From Eledone cirrhosa (lineage: Eukaryota): 64,000 bases of DNA. Within the stretch, counting starts at the first letter, position 1. Each line of letters starts with the position of its first letter. The DNA lies in NCBI GenBank assembly GCA_964016885.1, contig OZ024740.1:315270001-315334000 (forward strand). Direction: 5' to 3'. Shown here piece after piece: positions 57,790 through 64,000 of this stretch. A program made the translations under genes and the position numbers. Below the pieces are notes generated by a model that made no database searches, had not been told where the DNA came from, and worked only from the letters and a program-made list of their open reading frames with translations.

Positions 57790-58735
57790 GATAAATGATG
57801 ACAGATATTCAGCTAAGCCAGGAAATGAAAAGACGTTGTAATCGCTTTCTTAAATGAAGAGCATGGTGATTTAGAAATTGTTTGCTTACTGAAAGTTGCA
57901 CAGTCATTTGTTGTCATACTTCAGAAGGAACTGGAAGACGCTGACGGAGAATCGATAGCCGTGGCCAAACATAAAACGCCTCTTGAGGGTTCTAATACGC
58001 AAATTTGTGGGAAATGCGCAGAAAATTATCGATAAGAAACCCAGATAGTTAATTAGCGCTTTGGCTAAAGAATTCAACGTTTCAATGCATACTACTGAGG
58101 CAGGAATTGTGTATGAAGACCTTTCATACAAGTCATATGTGATGCAGAGAGGCCAATTCATGTCTGCAAAGATAAAGGATAACCGACTAATCTGCGCAAA
58201 ACGCTTGTTGAGCAAGCTAAAACATCAAGCAGAGCCTGAAATGTTTTGATTTTTCTCTAATGAGAAAAACTTCGATCAAGACCAAAAGCTCAACCGAAGA
58301 AATGACAGATGGTTATGCAGAGACACGAAAGACATTCCAACGGTCATGCATACAAAGTTTCCAGCAACTGTGGTGGTTCTGGGAGTGGTGAGCAACGAGG
58401 GAGATGTCATGCCTCCATACTTCATTCCTCAGGGCTTAAGGGTCAATGCTGCTGACTTGAAGCTTTGGATAGGGAGTGTAAGCAAAGGAAGACTGTACAT
58501 CTACCAATAAGACTCTGCGCAATCTCCATGATCACCTCTCCCCAAACATATGACCTCTACATACGGGGAGAAGAAAGTCAATCATTGCACCCATAAAACT
58601 ATTAAACCTCTGAAGTCCGCCATATCTAGTACAATGTCCCAAATAAATAAAGATCATCTGATTCGGGTATTTCAACGTTTCAGACTTCGTATTGAAGCAG
58701 TCATCGATGCTAACGGTGGATTCATTGAGTAGATA
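57790..58735 (+). pseudogene. Tc1/mariner transposase remnant
   Basis: FSNEKNF, NRRNDRW, TKFPATVVVLGVVSNEG and RIEAVIDANGGFIE, with stops and frameshifts. Confidence 0.85.
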
Positions 58736-58879
58736 CGTCAGAAAGATCTCAAGAGTGTTAATGCATTTTTTTTTCTCTCATAGACATTTTTTTTTTCGGG
58801 ACTAATGAACCTGTTACTATATCATGCAAATGGCCTTAAAGAACTGATCAAACATTCTTTAAGATTGATGGGGTAACTG

Positions 58880-59078
58880 AGTCACCCCTGGGCCGTCCAC
58901 CCCACCCCTCCCTATTGGGGAATTTATTTTGTTATGTTTATGCATAGTTTATTTTATATTTTCATTGTTAAACTGGTCTTGCCATTATGCACTTTTACTC
59001 GAGCTTATTGTAAACCCCCACTGTCCGTGTCTTTGTATTGTCCCCTACATGATGGCCCTTGTGGCCAATAAATGAAAT
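58880..59078 (+). mobile_element. 3' UTR fragment of Tx1-like LINE
   Basis: CCCTATTGGGGAA..GTATTGTCCC..TGTGGCCAATAAATGAAAT followed by (ATT)n. Confidence 0.6.
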
Positions 59079-59289
59079 CATTATTATTATCATCATCCTC
59101 ATCAGTCGTAATGTTTTCTTTATCAATTCTTCTCTGTTTTCGTCGAAAGACACTCTAAAATTCGTCTCCAATTTGCTAGTAAACTGGTATTACAAGTACA
59201 ATCCCTTTAAATGCACGAAATTGCACGCCAGAAGTTGGCTGAGTGGTAGAAATTCAGTTGTCTGTTCGTCTTATGTAATTGTTTCTCTC

Positions 59290-59395
<106 letters not shown>

Positions 59396-59916
59396 GGTGT
59401 GTGTGTCGGTGTGTGTGTCGGTGTGTGTGTCGGTGTGTGTCGGCGTGTGTGTGTGTATGTGTGTATGTGTGTGTGCGTGTGTGCGTGTGTGTGTCTGTGT
59501 GTGTGTGTATGTGTGTGTGCGTGTGTGTGTCTGTGTGTGTGTGTCGGTGTGTGTGTGTGTGTGTGTTTATCCAAAGTGATTTAAAGCAATTCCGACGCTA
59601 CGCAATATTCCATCTAAAGGTCTTGATACCTTTGCATACATACGTATGTATATATGTGTGTGTTATAAATATATATACATATACATACATGGATGCAAAC
59701 ATACATATATACATACATACATCCATATATACATGGATACAAACATATATACATATATATACACATACGTACGTACATACATGCATACATACATAATACA
59801 TACATACATGCATACACACACATCATACATACATGCATACATACACACTTATATACATACATACATACATACATACATACATACATACATACATACATAC
59901 ACACATACATACGCAC

Positions 59917-61062
59917 GTGGTGGCTGCCAACTCGTTTTCGAGTACGGCCACTACTTTATATCCATGTAGGAGAACCCCTACCGATGCGCTGAACGAGTGT
60001 GACTTTTTAGTCCAGCCAGCGACTTGAAAACTCTGGTACAAACACTACATTTGTGACAATTATTGACACATAGTGTTGGGCCCATGGTACCATGTGACGA
60101 CAAGTGCAGAGAGATCTCCAGATATAAAGCAATGCCTGTGCCGTGAAGCTTTTATAGTGAGCAAAGGCACTGCACAAAGCCAGTCCCACTCTCTTAACCA
60201 AGATGATATTTACCAAAAAGAAGAACAAGTCAACATCATTGGATACCATCAGAGTTGCAGGTGTTATATCAGAGTTTTCCTTCTCCTAGAATTCTGCCTT
60301 AACAAAGGCTAAGGGGTCATCTCTCCCGGTGATTTTGGATGACCATTGACTCTTAAGAGCTCCTTTGCCCTTTGACAGGTTTTGTTTTTAGTCCTGCAGG
60401 ATGTCCAAAGTCACCCTCCTCACCAAGAAACCTTGGTGGGGTTGCCAGTTTAGTCGCCAACGACCCGACCATGAGACAGGTTGTACTGGGATACATGTTA
60501 CCAGTAGCACCAACTGGTGACCTGACATATACATAGATACATACATACATACATACATACATACATACATACATACATACACACATACATACATACATAC
60601 ATACATACATACATACATACATACATACACACATACATACATACATACATACATACATACACACATACATACATACATACATACATACATACATACATAC
60701 ATACATACATACATACATACATACATACATGGTGGCTGCCAACTCGTTTTCGATGTAGGAGAACCCCCACCGATGCGCCGAACGAGTGTGACCCTTTATT
60801 CCAGCCAGCGACCCGAAAACTATGGTACAAACACTACACTTGTGACAACAAGTGCAGAGAGATCTCCAGATACAAAGCAATACCTGTGCCGTGAAGCTTT
60901 TATAGTGAGCAAAGGCACTGCACAAAGCCAGTCCCACTCTCTTAACCAAGATGATATTTACCAAAAAGAAGATGACCCCTTAGCCTTTGTCAAGGCAGAA
61001 TTCTAGGAGAAGGAAAACTCTGATATAACACCTGCAACCCTGATGGTATCCAATGATGTTGA
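59917..61062 (-). mobile_element. Two copies of a short RTE-derived retroelement in (TACA)n
   Basis: 59917-60525 and 60730-61062 share sequence; the minus strand encodes a CxxC..H..H remnant (CSVCTIVFGSLAGIKGHTRSAH). Confidence 0.6.
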
Positions 61063-61064
61063 CA

Positions 61065-61098
<34 letters not shown>

Positions 61099-61289
61099 CA
61101 TACATACATACATACATACATACATACATACATACATACATACATACACACATACATACATACACACATACATACATATCCAAAGAACATGAAATATATA
61201 TTACAAATAACTATATAAGTTTTTAAAAAACATCTCTACTCACCAATAAATTAATGGTGTCTCCTGTGTTGAAATTCGATAGTCATGAA

Positions 61290-61409
61290 ATGTTGTTGTT
61301 GCTGTTGCTGCTGTTGTTGTTGTAGTTGTTGTTGCTGCTGTCGTTGTTATTGCTGCTGCTGCTGTTGATGGTGGTGGTGGTGGTGGTGGTGGTGGTGCCA
61401 TTGCTGTTG

Positions 61410-61440
<31 letters not shown>

Positions 61441-61580
61441 CGTTGTTTTAGTTGTTGTTGTTGCTGCTTCGGTTGTTGTTGTTGTTGTTGCTGCTGCTGC
61501 TGTTGTTGTTATTATTGTTGCTGCTGTTGCTACTGTTGCTGCTATTGCTGCCGTTGTCGTTGTTGTTGCTGCTGCCGTTT

Positions 61581-61611
<31 letters not shown>

Positions 61612-61727
61612 CGTCGTCGTCGTTGCTGTTGCTGCTGCTGCTGCTGCTGCTGCTATTGTTATTGTTGCTGCTGTTGCTGCTGTTGCTGCTGTTGCTGCCG
61701 TTGTCATTGTTGCTGCTGCTGCCGTTT

Positions 61728-61758
<31 letters not shown>

Positions 61759-61940
61759 AGTCGTTGCTGTTGCTGCTGCTTCGGTTGTTGTTGTTGTTGT
61801 TGTTGCTGCGGCTGCCGTTTTTGTTGTTGTTGTTGTTGTCGTTGCTGTTGCTGCTGCTTCGGTTGTTGTTGTTGTTGTTGTTGTTGCTGCTGCTTCGGTT
61901 GTTGTTGTTGTTGTTGTTGTTGCTGTTGCTGCTGCTTCGG

Positions 61941-61972
<32 letters not shown>

Positions 61973-62022
61973 GCTGTTGCTGCTGCTTCGGTTGTTGTTG
62001 TTGTTGTTGTTGTTGTTGCTGT
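61290..62022. repeat. Compound (GTT/GCT)n trinucleotide repeat
   Basis: Seen directly in the sequence. Confidence 0.95.
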
Positions 62023-62479
62023 TATAGTAACTGGCAAAGTAGATATTTGTTTCTAGTAAACTTTTCACCCCAACATCACAGACATCATGGCTCACCTGAA
62101 TAAGCTAGCATAATTGTCCAAACTATTTCTTCTTTCGTTCGTTGCTGCATTTGTGTTTCTTTATTTCGTATAAATTATTTCTTATATATTCTATTTGCTT
62201 TTTACGCGAAACTAGATATTAGGTTTTTGTTTTGTTTTGCTTCATTTCATTTTTAGGGGTTTTTTTTTTTTTTAGTTATTTTCTTTATAAGATAGTCAAA
62301 TAAGAAGAAAGAAGTAACTTATGACCTTTGTAACTCCTACCAGACTAAAAAGATTTGTGCAGACGATATTCAGTTTGACCATCAATGGGTCGGTGCTTGT
62401 AGGGAAAATATACGTAAATATGTATGGACCTGTAACTCCTAATGGAGTTGAAGGGGCGCCGTCGTGACCTACAGAAGTT

Positions 62480-62760
62480 CGTGCGTGGGCAATTTAAACC
62501 TGCCTGAGTCCGTCTCTTCTCCGGGTCTGAATACAGCTAATCTCTTCCAGAAAGAGAAAGAGAATGATAGAGAGAAAGCGAGAAAGCGATATAGAAGAAA
62601 TTACCCCTAGTATCAAACTGCTACTTTTTTTTATTGACTTCGAAAGGATGAAAGGTAAAGTTTATCTCGGTGAGATTTGAACTCAGATAGCTCAGAGCGC
62701 TGGAACGAATACAGCAAAGCACTATATTCGACGTTCTAACAACTCTGATAATTCACCGTC
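62480..62760 (-). mobile_element. Long-tail SINE variant
   Basis: Similar to 44770-45112. Confidence 0.65.
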
Positions 62761-63119
62761 CAAAGGAAAGGTACAGGACCGGTGAACATTCCAGTATGTT
62801 CCATTTCAGAGGAGGAGTGGGTGTCGTGAAAGGTTTGGTAAGGGAAGGGTGATGGAATGAAGAAGCGACTAACGGAGATAAGGGGAGTCAAATAGAAAGA
62901 TTACGTTGTTAACTAGTTCAGGGTCCAAAGTTGTTGCAATGGCGACTGTAGAAGAATCAAAGGAAAGGAACACTATTTGTGTCTACAAGCTTTGTCAATT
63001 ACTATTTTATTTGACGTATCATATCTACAGGCATATATATTTCGTATAATATCAATATGCACACTACATATGCTAGCAGAAAACACCCCGAAGGGTGGTT
63101 TTTCTGCTAGCAATAGCTA

Positions 63120-63545
63120 GTAATAATAATAATGGTTTCAGATTTAGGCACAATTTTATGGGGGGTGGGGAGAGAGGTCGATTAAATTGACTTCAGTGCA
63201 TTACTGGTACTTAATTTTATCGACACCCTTAAGGATGAAAGGCAAATCTAACCTTGGTTGGATTTGAACTCAGAACGTAACGGACCGTAACTATATGCCA
63301 CAAAATATGTCGTCCGACGCTCGAGCGATACTGCCAATCCAGCGGCTACTATTAATAATAATTATTATTTCTACTTTTGACACAAGGCCAGCAATTACCC
63401 AGTGCATTACTGGTACTTAATTTTATCGACCCCGTAAGGATGAAAGGCAAAGTTAACCTCGGCGGGATTTGAACTCAGAATGACAAGGGCCGTAACTCTA
63501 TACGTCAAAGCATGGCGTCCGACCCTCTACCGATACTGCCAATCA
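63120..63545 (-). mobile_element. Two tandem SINE copies
   Basis: Copies at about 63130-63345 and 63362-63545. Confidence 0.85.
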
Positions 63546-64000
63546 CATTCAGCCTATGTTGTTGATCAAGTAGAGCTATGATCCGAGGCGTTCAGCTTAT
63601 CGTCACCGTTTATTTTTTCTAGATGCATAGAACCTGGTGCGTATGCTTTTAGAGAGACTTGGCTGCTGTTTCTAGATGGTCAAGCGACCCCATACACGTT
63701 CTCTTATTTGCTTTCCATATTTTTCTCCTGTGTGTATCAATAGTAATGCTCCAATATGAGCCATACATGAGGATTAGCAAGAGAGTAGTGACTAGCCCTA
63801 AAATGGAGATGCAGTCGTTGTAAGGGAGCCTTCACACCGTTTGAGACAATATGAGGTTATATTCATGCCCGTTTAATCAATGGTAGTGATCTTCGTTTAT
63901 GCGGGTGGGCTTATGAAATTATCATTAAAATTATCATTATCATTAAAATTCAGATCTATAGAGAGAGAGAAAGACTGAGTGATATATATATATATATATA

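Noticed and set aside
61240-62095. Mucin-like poly-T/A or poly-N ORFs
   Set aside because: Stop-free trinucleotide repeat that is open in several frames, with no unique coding context.

Overview
Eukaryotic, AT-rich, microsatellite-dense non-genic DNA. The SINE and microsatellite make-up looks cephalopod (octopus-like), which is an inference. I found no confident host gene; almost all listed ORFs are microsatellite artefacts. The window holds many tRNA-derived SINEs, decayed LINEs (Tx1/L1-like, RTE, R4/Dong-like), Tc1/mariner and hAT remnants, Helitron-like elements and a 1.6-kb degenerate (TTAGGG)n tract. The main signal is RNA-level. Two tandem arrays of a 310/312-bp unit (7943-13180 and 23737-25604) carry one type I hammerhead ribozyme per unit, as retrozymes do. 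Each array is built of two divergent inverted arms embedded in (TA)n, and both end at the same two unit positions. At least eight further hammerhead motifs from other families, plus many short fold-back inserts, sit in TA microsatellites. Together these suggest a microsatellite-targeting Penelope-like/retrozyme system. All structures were folded by eye and coordinates are approximate to a few bases.
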